From Balanoglossus misakiensis (Eukaryota > Animalia > Hemichordata): a stretch of DNA of 64,000 nucleotides. A program made the translations under genes and the position numbers. A model generated the notes under the pieces. The model ran no database searches. It was not told where the DNA came from and saw only the letters and a list, made by a program, of their open reading frames with translations. Shown piece by piece: positions 1 through 12,955 of the stretch; position 1 is the first letter of the stretch; the number at the start of each line of letters is the position of its first letter. Where the stretch lies: contig CM082591.2 of the NCBI GenBank assembly GCA_040954595.2, positions 7,492,047 to 7,556,046 on the forward strand, given 5' to 3'.

Positions 1-319
1 CTTCTGAAGATTGTTTTCCTTGCCTAGATTATTTTTTATCAAAAGTGATTTGATTTTATCCATGTTTACATAATTTATGTATGTATGTATTTATTGTTTT
101 TTCTTATTTTGGAATAAACTCTTTGAAATTTAACTGCTTGTTTGTGAATTTTTGGCAAGAAATATATACGCATTTGACATACAGCAAATCTATAGTAATA
201 ATCCTAATGGAAGGAAAATAAGCGCAGTGTGTGAGGACACAAAGTTTGTCAAAAAGTCATAAATTTGAGTGACTGCCAAATCCAAAATGTTTTCCATGGG
301 CTTTATTCTGATGGACAGA

Positions 320-1316
320 TAAGCAGGACAAAATCGATCTTGCCACTCTGAATGTTGAGCTAACTAAAGTACAGACCTGGTGTAAGTCAAATAAACTTAC
401 AATTAATATTGACAAAACAAACTATGTTATTTTCAAAACAGCCCAGGCGAAGTTTAAGCCTGAGGGAGATTTATATGTCTCTGATTTACCATTACATAAT
501 GTTTCTTCTGCTGTTTATTTTGGAGTTACTCTTGACTCATCATTATCCTGGAAATCTCACATCAACATTATTTTTAAGAAGGTTAGCCAAAAAATCGGTA
601 TTATTTCATATGTACGCCATTATCTCCCTAAGTCTATAATTTTATTATTATACAATTGTCTTATCCTTCCCCATATAATGTATTGTATCGAAATATGGGG
701 AAATGCGTTTAAAACCTATTTAGATTGTATTTTCAAATTGCAAAAGAGACTTGTAAGACTTATAACATTTTCTAGCCCCAATACACATAGCGCACCACTT
801 TTTCAGCAACTTGGAATTCTTAATGTTTACAAACTCTGTAAATTTCAAACTTGTGTTTTTGCGTATGATCTAAAGGCAGGGCATTACGCCCACTCACTAG
901 ATCGCTATGCTTCATTTGTATCACACAATTATTTTACAAGATTTGCCTCTACTTATAAGTTTACGCTTCCCAAAGTAAAACTTACTTCATCTCAAAATAA
1001 TTTATACTATTCTATTGCCAAGCATTGGAATGAAATTCCTACACAAATAAAATCAATTCAATCAAGGAATTTATTTAAAAGCTCTCTGAAAATGTATCTG
1101 TTGAGCATAGATTAATTTAACCTCTTTTATAAACCTGTTTACTTTGTCACCGCGTTGTTTGACTACCAACTATTGTTTTGTGATATGAATTGGCAATTAT
1201 ATTAATTGTTTCAATGATTTGTATGTATTTAGGGCCAGGGACACGACTAGTTCCACTAGAACTACTTCCCTGGTCCGCACCAGTTATGTAAAATGCATCT
1301 TTCTGGTGAAATAAAA

Positions 1317-1348
<32 letters not shown>
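320..1348 (+). mobile_element. 5'-truncated LINE (CR1/L2-like clade) 3' end: RT C-terminal/thumb coding region, 3'UTR and (CTAT)8 tail
   Basis: One stop-free frame from ~320 to 1115 reads ELTKVQTWCKSNKLTINIDKTNYVIF...FGVTLDSSLSWKSHI...LILPHIMYCIEIWG...LQKRLVRLI...HSAPLFQQLGIL, typical of LINE ORF2 C-termini. It is followed by a CACCAG..CTGGTG stem, AATAAA (1310-1315) and a (CTAT)8 tail at 1317-1348. Confidence 0.9.
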
Positions 1349-2096
1349 GAAATTCTTATTTAAGTATTGAACTGATTTCCAAATTTGCAATTTATTTTGT
1401 CGTATGCTACAAAATACGTTGATATCTGTAATACAATGCAAGCAAAAAGAAAAGAAATGCGTTACTAGTGAATTGGAATCCGTGGCTTAATCTGAATCTG
1501 AAATCGACATAAACTTCGAAAACAAATATGGCGGGTAATAGGCAGTCACGATCTCGCACTTGCCATACAATGTAGTACGTTGTATTTTCTGCGGGAGTAA
1601 TTTTGGCAACATTACACCTATTTGTAATCGTTATATTTAATTATACAGGTGAATTTTGGGATTATACTTGAGGTCAAAAAGAATTTTGTGGTTTCGTTGT
1701 TTCGTTGTTTCGCAAAGTATAACTAGCCAACAATGTCTTGTTCTCACTGAAAAGCACTTTATTCTTTTAGTTACTAGGTGTAATAACAACAAATCCGAAA
1801 TAATGATTATGGCAATAAGTACATTTTGTAAAACTGTGTATTTGTATGGTCACTCATGACGTCATATATTGCAGTATTTGGTTAATATTTAAAGCCGCAA
1901 TTTTTAATCCCTGGTTCTGGAATTAGTAGGTGCTCCTTCTAGTCATACATTAGGCTACTTGCGACGTACACACACGAATCACAACAGTTTACCACCTTAG
2001 CTAACCCTATAAACAGATCGTCAATTTGTGCCAGTAGCCAGATAAACGAAAACGATCGTCCAGCCAGCTAGCTACATATTGGTAGAGTTGACTATT

Positions 2097-2195
2097 CAGA
2101 GCCCTCTGAGTCAGCCCTCTGAGTCAGAGGGCTCTGACTCAGAGCCCCTCAGAGCCCTCTGAAGTTTCAGAACCTCAGAACCCGGACCTCAGAAT
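2097..2195. repeat. Short tandem/palindromic repeat cluster (CAGAGCCCTCTGAGT motifs)
   Basis: Repeated agccctctgagtc / gagggctctgactc units in both orientations, then ctcagaa repeats. Confidence 0.6.
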
Positions 2196-2456
2196 TCTTT
2201 TTGATCTCTTGTGTGTGTGTGTCTTTCTGTCTGTATATGGCCATGTACTCCGGTGTAGACTTTTTCTTGTGTAATCCCTCAATGGGACCACTGTGTCCTT
2301 GACGCGATTTTTTTACATTTATGAAAGAGACCAGCCACCTATGATTTGCTGGAATATGGGAATATTTCAGGTACTACTTGATTCATTGCAATAAATAAAA
2401 CATTAATCCTCTACTTGTTGGTATTATTCATACCTGTTGTTGTCAATTTGGAATCT

Positions 2457-2883
2457 TGTCAGAGATAGGGTCACCGCACTTGTTATGAAAATACAGAACC
2501 ATGAATTTAGTCAATGAAAGAAAAAAACTGCTGACTCAGCATTTTCCATCAATGGGTTGTCTATGTATAGGTAAAACTTATAACAAAATTTATCAAAAAG
2601 GATGCCCAGACTCCAGATGTTTCAATCTTCACTTTGTGAAGCCACCAATTCTCCCCAACTAAAAAGAAACGTAGGCCTAGGAGCAACGTGATTGAATCAT
2701 GGGAACTGTTTCGGGAAACAGAAACCCAAAAAGCATGTTGACGCTTTGCGATCGTCAAACCATCATTTCATTTTTCCGCTTTTCAATGTTGTTTTGCGGT
2801 TACCAAACACACGTTGTCAACCTAACGAAAAAAAATAAAATCGCATGGCTGAAAAGTACTCTGTAATACCAATGTCTCTGACA
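2457..2883. mobile_element. Putative short TIR element
   Basis: Ends are TGTCAGAGA...TCTCTGACA (9-bp perfect inverted match, extending imperfectly). It starts where homology to the 24.6 kb paralogous region breaks off. Confidence 0.4.
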
Positions 2884-4168
2884 CGGTGACAAACAATGGT
2901 AACGGGGTGCTGCGCAGGTGCAAAACAAATATTGTCTTCATAAATGTTGCGACCACGCTCTGTCTGGTAATGATTGGCTAGGCCCGCAAATTACGTGACG
3001 GTGAGGAGCACATGGAAGAACGAGGCAAGGAACACTCGAAAGTGAGGCAGGGACAAGAACGTAAGGCAGCCAATGACTGAGCTGCATTCGGAACAGGTAA
3101 ATACTAATGAGACGAAAGGACGTATAGGCTGCCAATGACTGAACGAAAATGGGACATTGGGACGAGCTACCAATCACCGTGAGCGACGCAGGGGTTTAGG
3201 ACACAAAATTTGGTCCCGAATGAAATACGTCTAAATGGACAATGTCAATTGAACTTTGACAGAGTCCAGACTAGACGTACAACACAGATATTTACTTAGA
3301 TCACATGACAACCGTGCTTGGTATCTCGAGGTACAAAAAATCTGACTCAGAGACTTTTCTGCCATTTTTTCCTGGTGAGCATGTCACCTGCAGAGCTCTT
3401 GATACAGTTGTGTGCCTCAGGACAGGATTTCTACCTTGTGAAGGAATCAACTTATCTGTTACAACACTAAGAGGTAATGTTGCATTGAACTTGGTGATTT
3501 TCTGTCGTTTTCTTTCAGTCCTCAAACTCAAGCCACAACTTTTTAATTTTAATGTAACAGAAACACACCCTTAAAAAAGAATTGTATTGGAAATAACTGA
3601 ACAATTAAGCCTCCAAACTTTTCTTGGCTTGAAAGATGACCAGAATATTGTGAATACCAATATACATGTATTTACATGTGACTAATACCACTTATTTCAG
3701 ATGTACCTGGATTGAAGCTCTAACTAGGGAAGGCATCAACCACTCCGCAACAACTCTGGGATTTCTCCTCTTTTTGCCAGTGGGAGCTACTCTAGCTTTG
3801 TATGGATCAAATGGATTGAAACTCTAACTTCTGAAGGAATCAACTCATCTGTTACAACATTAAGAGGTATGTTGCATTGAACTTGGTGATTTTCTGTCTT
3901 TTTCTTTCAGTCCTCAACCATGACGCCTTCCCCATGTGACAGAAACACACGAACACCCTCAAATAGAATTCTATCAGAAATAGTCTCTACAAGGGTTCAC
4001 GAGTACGGCGAGTGGTCAAATTTTGTAACATTTTAGGTAACTTGTTTTTGAAGCGCGCATGACCTGATGCGCTAGCAACGTATTGTTTGTTTTACCTCAG
4101 AATTCCAGACGCGCAAGCGGAGTCATAATACCGATATAGTTGCCTAGCTACTGCAGATCAATAGCCAT

Positions 4169-4555
4169 TATATTACCATGGCCTGTGCGTCGCATTTTAA
4201 TTGGTCGAGATGAACACAAATACTCAGTAATGGTTTGTTTACATGCCCGTAAATCTGAATAGTAGCCTAATACTAGCAAAATGTTCGGTGAATACAACAT
4301 TTTGCGTAACACAAGTTTCAGGGCCCGTAGTCTTTTGCGTGCGACATTTTCGTAAATTTTGACAGTTTTCTTGAGTTCGTTGGTAATATAATGGAAATAA
4401 CCTACTCCGCCCTGACCATTAACGTTTGTTTATGGGCAAGGGCAAGGGGAAAGCCAAACATTCATGGGCGAGGCTTCCAAGCCCATGAATTTTGGCTTTC
4501 CCCTCGCCCTTGTCCATAAACAAACATTAATGGTCAGGGCGTCGTCCATTATTTT
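4169..4555 (+). mobile_element. Non-autonomous element with subterminal inverted repeat and long terminal palindrome (family uncertain, Crypton-like layout)
   Basis: TATATTACCA (4169) / TGGTAATATA (4381) inverted pair, then a ~60-bp-arm palindrome at 4408-4541. It is nested in a larger insert bounded by AGGGTTCACG (~3992) / CGCGAACCCT (~4667). Confidence 0.55.
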
Positions 4556-5011
4556 TATACTTTTAGCCGGCATGAGAAACGTTTGCGCGCAGTGCTCGCA
4601 ACGGCGCGTCTTTTCTTGAGTGCAATCATTACAATCTTGCGTGAAAACATAAATTACCTGCGATAACGCGAACCCTCCTGGCCTTATTATTCTTTCTGCA
4701 TGTCCTCAACCATGACGCCTTCCCCATGTGACAGAAACACACGAACACCCTCAAAAAGAATTACATCTGATTCAGAAATACATGTAATTCTCTACGATTT
4801 TTATTTATTTTAATTAATAGATCTGAACAATCTACATATACCGGTATATGATTTATTAATACTGAAACTTGGTAATAAAAATGAAAGCAACTTTATTTTT
4901 TATCAATTTTTTTTAATTATGTCACATATGCTACACTCCAGACATGAAAATGAAAGAATAACACTTATTTCTAAATGCACTGCAGGTCAATTTTGATAAA
5001 TATTAAAGTAA

Positions 5012-5732
5012 CAGGCCTCAAAATTAATGGGCTATAGCCCCAGGGCCAGGGGCTACCAAAAACCTGTCTTGGGGCTACCATTTTCCAATTTTGGTAGCCC
5101 ACTCGGGCTAACGCAATTTTTGACTACGTACAATGCGCTGTGCTTCGATCGCAGTATCATTAGCGAGCTTCAGTGGCTGCGCTTGTTTTTTATTTCATTG
5201 CAGTTGCTTGGTCTCTGGGGACGCACTGAAACCACAAACTGCGTCCTTTGCTCTTTTGAGTGCAATTTGCATATCTTGATTAGGTTGTTGGTGTTGCCGT
5301 AATTGTCTCAAAATGTAAAGTTGGAGTATGTTGATAAAAATACATGCAACATATTAGTCAATAATCTTTGAGGCCAGCCAGCTGGCTGAGCGTAGTGTGT
5401 CGTACTGTACTCTGACATAAGACATACCGGCAGGCAACCGCTGTATTACTAAATTTTCTATGGTGGTCAATTAATGACCACCAGTTTCCACATGACTAGT
5501 ACAAAGTCAATCTGATTAAAATCAGATGTAGGGAACGGCAACTTGGTTTTTTATGTAGTGTGAGGCGACAGCATAAAAAAAACCAAGTCGCCGTTCCCTA
5601 CATCTGATTTTAATCAGATTGGTACAAAGTTAGAAGTGACAGTGTCACATGAACTGTATAATTTGGCGATATTTGTGGGCTACCAAATATGGGTTTGGGG
5701 CTACCAACCAAAAAATTAAAATTCGAGCCCTG
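5012..5732. mobile_element. hAT-like MITE with 5-bp target-site duplication
   Basis: TIRs CAGGCCTCAAAATT / AAATTCGAGCCCTG, flanked by direct AGTAA at 5007-5011 and 5733-5737. Subterminal GGGCTACC motifs repeat at both ends. Confidence 0.75.
5508..5621. mobile_element. 114-bp foldback MITE with 9-bp TSD (Mutator-like), nested in the hAT-like MITE
   Basis: Near-perfect hairpin CAATCTGATTAAAATCAGATGTAGGGAACGGC...GCCGTTCCCTACATCTGATTTTAATCAGATTG, flanked by GTACAAAGT at 5499-5507 and 5622-5630. Confidence 0.8.
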
Positions 5733-6112
5733 AGTAATGATTGACATTTCAACATATTTCTCCCAAGAACACTTTTGATGGGTCATTTCAAACCTAAACT
5801 TTACAAATACCATACTGCTGCTGGTAACTGTGGTCTGCACACTGCAAATATTTGATAAGATAACAAGGTACCAAAAATAGATTGTGATCACACACCTTTA
5901 AGTAATGATAACAGAATTTAGATTAAGGTTTAGCTATTCTGTCCATTATACTTGGACATGGTGTTAATGTACCGTATAGTATAGTTAACATTTAAACCAT
6001 ACATATTGTCGCGGTGTGACCTCCTTTGACCTTCCAGGCTCCACTGCCCTTCCACAGTATCAATCTGTTAATCATGTAGAATAACTGTACATGTATATTA
6101 ACAACATGTTAT

Positions 6113-6820
6113 GGCCATGGCAACAAAGTTCACACTGAACCAATGTCACTTGTCATAATTTTTGGAGTTATTTTACACATTTTGAAGAAAAATAAAGAAC
6201 AGAAATTAATTGTAGGTGCAGTCGCTACATGTACTGAGTGTTGACAAAATAAATTAAGGCTGTTTTGAATTAGTTTTGCAGTTTATTTTGAGGGATTTTG
6301 AGACACGACTGTGTGAAATTGAATGCATTCCGTCAACTTGGTATGTACACAATCAAAAATTTGGTTCTTTTTTCCACATTTACAAAGCTCATGTTGGAAA
6401 AAAAAATATTTCAGTCTACAGTCGCTTCATGTAACAAGTATGAATAATCCAAATTTGAGTCGTTTTGGAGAATTTTTACTCGTTTTTTTCATGAATTTTG
6501 ACATGGAGGGGTCTTAAAGTTATGATGTGCAGTCCACTTGCCATCAGATCTCCATTGCATCCAAAAGGATGAAAGCGTTTCATCAACTTATGTGTGAAAA
6601 TAATTCTAAAAACTTACAAATTGTAATTTGTACATATTTCCATTCGATAGTCCAAAATTGTTATTTCAGATAAATATGAAGAAAGGATATGAACGGCGAA
6701 GTTTTACCGCCATGATTTGCATATCCATTTTTGATTAATGGTGTAGAGGGCGCACTTAGAGCTCGATGAGGCTAGCGTGAAAGAGTAATTTTGCAGTTCT
6801 ATGTTAATCAGATATGTACA
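6113..6820 (+). repeat. Dispersed repeat, copy 1 (second copy at ~21646-22390)
   Basis: About 700 bp collinear, highly similar match beginning gccatggcaacaaagttca and ending gttctatgttaatca..gatatgtacag. Confidence 0.85.
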
Positions 6821-7580
6821 GCACCAGTAAACAGTTGAACACCAACCAGTCAAGTGATAGGAATAACGTTTTAATGCAACAACACGAGGCAAGGAGAGTC
6901 GAGTGAGAGATCTCACGAGACAACACGAGACTAACCAATACGCCGACTGGCGCGACTTCTCTTCCCTTCTCTCTCTCTGTACAAAACAGAACAAAATAAA
7001 ATGAAATACAAAACTCTGCGGAAATATCACTTGTCCGTTACTAACTTCAACAATAGGGCCAGAACAACTTTGTGCCGATAACAGAGTTCAATAAATGAGA
7101 GTCAGTGTAAAAAGTGAAAGTCTATGTCACATAGTCCATTAAAGCGCGTAGCTCGTCTCACACGCATGTTTCAACTGTAGCCGCTGGTTACAGACGTTTA
7201 GTGAACAGTCAATCCCATAAGGCAGTGCTCACACAAGATGGCGGCAACCATAATCTGTGTCGGAGATCGTGAAAAGACACTAGCTTGGGTGAAAATGAGG
7301 GACAAAAACAGAATCTACTTAATACGGTGCGCATGAAATATGGAAGGAAGCGAAGGCAGTCCACTATTTGAATGCATCGAACGGAAAATTTGCTGGGAAG
7401 TTACGCGCATGCACGTGAGACGATCTACCCGATTTAAATACGCAGGAGGTCTACGATGACGTTGTGGTCTGGCTGGCTCGGTCTCTGGTGGTGGCTCTGA
7501 GCTGACTGGACTCGAAGGCGGTTGGTCCACTGGTACTTGTTGTATATCAACTGTGGCACTGTTTGTGTCGGCAGGGTATG

Positions 7581-10500
7581 TCAATTCCAATGGGGCATCT
7601 GGTAGACTGCTGTATGGCTCAAGTGTGGGGCTGGAATTGTGGATTCCTCATCCTCGTTGTCACCGTCAGAACGATACTTTGGTAATGGTGGGGTACTGTT
7701 ATAATAACTGGGTACACTGTAACACTCGCTGAGCTTGATCTTGATCTTGTAAGAAGATGCACAAAGTTGGGATCCAGCAAATTTCCTGATGAAGCACCAA
7801 TCGCCATCAATGGCGACAACCAAGTATCGGCTACGAGCATGTGATTTACTGCGATCTGCATGTAAATACACTAATTCGCCAACCTTGCTGTCGTTCTGGT
7901 GGACAGTTTTGTTTCTGGACTTGGATAACTGGCTGTACGGGTGGTTGATAATGCGCTGTTCGTGTTGTTTGCTAATCAGTTCACAATCAGAAAGTGGGAT
8001 CTGGTCATTGGTGAACTGGTTTCGCTGTGTCAGCATTTCCCGGGCAGATAAACCACGGCTCCTAATGCGGGAGTTGAGGCGTGCTGTAGCTATAGCCAGG
8101 TTAAGTGGACTGACAGAATCTTCACCAGGTTCTTGGCAAAGGAGCTCTTCTTCCAGCTCATAGATGGCTTTTTCTGCAACTGGGTTTTTGTTGGGGTTCT
8201 TTATGCGGCCTATCTCGATGCATATATATGCGCAAATGGTGGAGAGTTTCATCATTGCGGAGTGCCATGAATCCTGGTGCGGGGTAAACGCGAATGATGG
8301 CATGTGGGCCGTCTAGTGGACGTAGCTCTATGCAAGGCCGTCGCAAAGTGTAACATGGTTTTCATTCTCGATGATGCATGTTGATGTGTAAGAAGTTGTA
8401 GTTTCACTGAGGACAAGGATGAGCTGTCGACTACGCTTGAGGACATCAGGACGTAGTTAATACCAACAACTTCTGGGGGTCTTCTGTTGTTTGCTCAGCT
8501 AGACTGTTTGGCAGTTTCTTTAAGGAGGCGCATGTGTGGCATGCCTCGGAGACAGAGTCTATGGACTTGTCAATGTCAAGGGCATAGAAATGGCGCTTCA
8601 TGAAATGAGCTTGAGCTGGTGTTTGGATGGATGATCTAGTTTGATATGTATTGCTGTTAATAGACCATTAAGAACGGCTCTGGGAAAAACTATGAACTCT
8701 TGTGTTGAGCAAAAGGGTTCATTGTGTTTGACTACTAACAATCCGTCTTTTGGTATAGTGGCGACGCCGAGGTATCTCTTCACATCCTTGATGTTAGTGA
8801 GTTTCTTAGATGGTCGTGTTCCCTGTGATAGGTGAGCGTGAACACGACAAAGATCTGGACACTCTGATTGGGTGCTTAACCTCGTTGGTGGGCGGAAGTG
8901 GGTCCTGACGCTTTTTTTCCCATGATTACAGTAAACGCCATATTGGAAATTCTGCCAACTTTCCCTCGATTTTGTAAAAAAATCGCGAGACTTATACATG
9001 GCGAATATGTTTTATTCTGAAAGAGTGACCTCAAAGCTACCAAATTATGTAGATATCAGCTAGGCCAGATTTCCCCTTTAACCACACTGATCTGCTTGTG
9101 AAGGGGAGACGATGTTTCCCATTCACAATGTCACTGACGGAAGTAGATCTGACGACAGAGTCTTCAATACAAATGATGAATGAGCATATCTGACATTTGG
9201 GATCTTCGCAGCTGGGGGCATTGCGACATGCAAAATCGGAGGGTGCGTTGGCAGAACCAGCGAGGTGGCGTAAAGCGACCTGGTATCTGCTCGCAATTGA
9301 CAAAAAGGACGTAACTCGTGGGCTGGCTGAGAACTCTCCTCTGCAGAGCTTGTCGACGGCTTGTACACAGGGCTTACTGTCCGTGAGGACGCACACCTGG
9401 TGGTCGGACTGTATGATGAATGGGCTGAAGTGCTTTACAGTAGCGGCGATGCATAGTGCTTCTATCTCGCATGGTAGCCACGTGACTTGGTGTTTACGCA
9501 GTTTGGCGCTGAAGAATCCGGCGAGATATGTCGCCGAGTTGCGTGTTACATACAGTGTGGCACCGATTCCATGTTTTGTAACAGATTCATCTGTGACAAT
9601 CCATAACTGGTCAGTCGGTTGGGGGAGTACATTGGTCTTGTTGTGCTTTAGAGATTGTTGTGCATGGTGAAACTTGTGAAGGAGCTTGTCAGACCATACA
9701 ATTTTGTCTTGTGACATCTTGCCTGTTATAGCTGATTCTAATGGAGTCAAGAGATGTGAGCAGCCCTTGATGACACGGCTCAATACTTTGTATGCACCGA
9801 TAAATGAGCGGACACCATGAACTGTGTCCGGTGGGGAGCATGTCAATAGTGTGGCAATGCGTTGCGGGCTGGCGGAAATCTTACCTCCTTGCCAGATCCA
9901 ACAGAGAATCATTGTTGATTTTGGACAAATTGTTGTCTTCGATGCAGCTATAAGCGGAGGTTGCATTGACTTAGGGCTTGGAGGGCTCTTTCGCAGTTGT
10001 GTAGAAGGTCTTGGGGTGTATCGCCAACACAGTACAGGTCATCTGCGATCTTTGTGACCACACCCTCTTGGATAAGGTTGCCTAGTACACGGCACATGAG
10101 TTCTTCAAGTGCTGTTTCTGATCCAGGCATACCCATAGCTGATCGGGTGTAAACACGGACACCGCGATATGGTGTTACTACTCCACAATATTTTATCAAC
10201 TGTTTTGCGAGCGGGATCTGGTAGAATGCACTTGTCAAATCTGACGTGATGATATACTTCCACGTACCTGGCGATTGTACGAAGGGTGGAATCTACGTCT
10301 GGCATCAGCGACGGTCGTGGTTTACTGTAACGACCGACGTCTGCAAATGCTGTTACTAGACGAAAGCCACCTGATTGCGTTTTGACAAGGAAGGATGGGT
10401 TTAGGTATTCAGCGGTGATGCCTGCAGCTTCTGGGGTTTTGAAGGCTCCCATTGCTTCAAGTTCGTCAAATGTTCTGTAATTCAATGAGTTTGTCGCGGG

Positions 10501-10701
10501 AATACTGAGGAACTCTTCCTTTTCTTTGAGGTGGTTCAACCGGACCCATGTTGACAGTGGCATTGAAGTCACCTTTCGCTCCATTGTAACACTCAATGGC
10601 CGGGTTGAAGACGTTGTCATACTCGCGTAGGAGGTTGCAGAACGGTCTGATTCCGGTAATATGTTGTCTGGGTCTAACTGGACAGCGCTCAAATAATCCA
10701 C
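7581..10701 (-). pseudogene. pol: Fragmented Gypsy pol (RT-RNase H-integrase)
   Basis: ORFs 10105-10701, 9948-10238, 9037-9966, 8598-8999 and 7581-8303 carry consecutive pol motifs in shifting frames. No gag or protease is recognisable upstream. Confidence 0.88.
8880..9077. mobile_element. 198-bp TTAA-flanked insertion inside Gypsy pol
   Basis: TTAA at 8876-8879 and 9078-9081. Removing the insert joins ...LPFTSRSVWL to STQSECPDL... in one frame. Confidence 0.75.
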
Positions 10702-12264
10702 AATTGTTTTTGTTGGGGAATGTGCGTGGTGATCGGAACGCTAATATCGTACTTAAGATATTAGGCGGGGGTCATGTAGCGAACTTGACAGAAGTGGTCG
10801 TTGCGACGAAGTCTTCTAGGCTCAGTAGACTCGTTGTATATACGGGAGCTGTATGGTGAATAAATACATATTAATAAGACCTAACCTACAAGGTCCTGCA
10901 TAATGAGGCAGTGAACACTGGAGGACCAGACCTACACATTAACCAATCAGGGAGCTGTAAAGTGAATAATGCATAGTAATATAAATACCTAACCTACAAG
11001 GTCTGGTGAATAATACATAGTAATAAGACCTAACACATAAGGTCCCTCCAATCAGCGAGCCGCAAGTGGACCTTAGAGAAGCGGATAAACCAATCAGAAC
11101 ATGCAATACATGTGCATAGGACCTGTAATGTAGGTCATTTTGAAACAGGACTACTGCAACCACACGAGGCACTGAGTGTCGAGAGAGAGAGATCTCACGA
11201 GACAACACGAGACTAACCAATACGCCGACTGGCGTTCATTAGCATACTTAATGTTTAGGGCTCGATATTACCTCTGTGGATGCAATATTTAAGTTGAAGT
11301 TTTTCTTTTATCATATTAGAGCAAGAAGACTTGTGCACTGGCCCATAGACTAAACTCAACAATTTCTTCATATAACAGAAACACATCCTAAAAAAGAATT
11401 TTATTGAAAATAAGTCACTAACACTTTTCTTGATTTGAATTCATGGATCTGAAAAATGTCTATGATTCATCAATGTAAGAACTTAATTCAGTAATAATCA
11501 TAAAAGGGATAATTTTTTTCACCAATGCAGTGGGCATACAAAATATTAAGTGTATTGTCTCGTTTGTTTTGGTGTACAACAACAGGTATCACATGACAAC
11601 CACACGAAGTACTCACGTAAAGCCTACAGAACCAACTCAAAGACATGATTTTAACTCGCGAGCACTAACTTTCATGACAATTTGTGGAGATTGTACATTT
11701 ATAAATATAAGATTCCTGGAAACAAAGCCATGTCTTGTGAGAAAATTGACCAATTTTACAGACTTGACATTGAACTTGACAGAAGTGATCATTTCAACAG
11801 CCATCTTAACCCTCCAATTCAATGCCTCCAAATTCTATGTTGGTATCACAGAGCGAATTCTATCTAAATAAAATTCTACTTTAACCCTACTTTGAAATTC
11901 TGTCGACCACTGTAAGATTGAGACAATTTGTTTTTTGAGGCCAATTACGATTCTTTTCTATCAATCAATACGTAGACATGATACTATCATGCAGAGTATA
12001 GTTAATATTTAATTGTACATGCTGTGGTCTGGTTTTACACAGACTGTGACCTCATTTGACCTTTAGGGAGCTGTCTTTAATACAGTGTCACATCACATAT
12101 ACCCTACATCCACTGAAGTAACTGCATTTAATATGTCCATTCTTCAAAAAGTTATACAAATGACACACAGGCACATCACCACAACCACTGGTCGACTTCT
12201 CATTAAGTATACCCAGTTACAATATACATGTTTTTCTTCCCAGCAGGAATGTATGTCAGAACCA

Positions 12265-12955
12265 TTTGAGATCATGTGATTTATAAAAGTTCGTTCTATG
12301 TAAAATTTGGTGCTGATTCCAAAAAAAGCAATCTTATTGACCCTACTCAAGGCAAAATTGCCATTTTGCCATTTTTTTCTCTCAAAAAGGTCATTTTAGA
12401 AAAAAATTAAAAACAAACTGTTTTCTTCATATCTGGAGATTTGATAATGTATGAAAAGTCAACAACACATTTTAAAAATAAAATTGACTTCTCATACTTT
12501 ATCAAATCTCAAAATACGAAAATAGTTTGTTTTATTTTATTTTATAAAAATGGCCTTTTTTGGGCAAAAACTTGCCAAAAAGGCATTTTTGCATTGAGTG
12601 GTGTCAACAAACTGCTTTTGGGGGGGAATTTTACATAGGGTGGGTATATAACACATTATCAGGTCTCCGAAAGTGAAGAAAATATATAAGTTTTGAGTGT
12701 TTTCTAAAAATGACCTTTTCAGGATAAATGGCAATTTTGTCTTGAGTGGGGTCAACAAGACTGCTTTTTATTTAATAGTCACAACTTTTAACATAGAATT
12801 GACTTTCCATATATCATCAGATCAACCAATATGAAGAACACATTGTTTTAAATTTTGTCTGCAAATGACGTTTTTTGGGCAAAAATGGTCAAAAAGGCAA
12901 TTTTGTATTATTTGTGGTCAACCAGACCGCTTTTTTCGTAATATCCACCAAATAC
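12265..12955. repeat. AT-rich insertion with internal direct and inverted subrepeats, absent from paralog 2
   Basis: ggcaattttg..ttgagtgg.gtcaacaa.actgctttt occurs three times, and once inverted (ttgaccctactcaaggcaaaattgcc). Confidence 0.5.

Larger units (their letters stand above)
6875..11238 (-). mobile_element. Degenerate, internally deleted Ty3/Gypsy LTR retrotransposon with ~80-bp LTRs
   Basis: Direct repeats at 6875-6955 and 11155-11238 (minus strand TG...CA on the 5' LTR). Polypurine tract AGAGAGAGAGAAGGGAAGAGAAG abuts the 3' LTR. Flanks are TTAA/TTAG. Frameshifted pol fragments run RT ([30 protein letters not shown]), RNase H (WIVTDES, PCEIEAL, VLTDSKP), integrase (HIKLDHP, CHTC, NKNPVAEKAI), which is Gypsy order. 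Confidence 0.92.
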
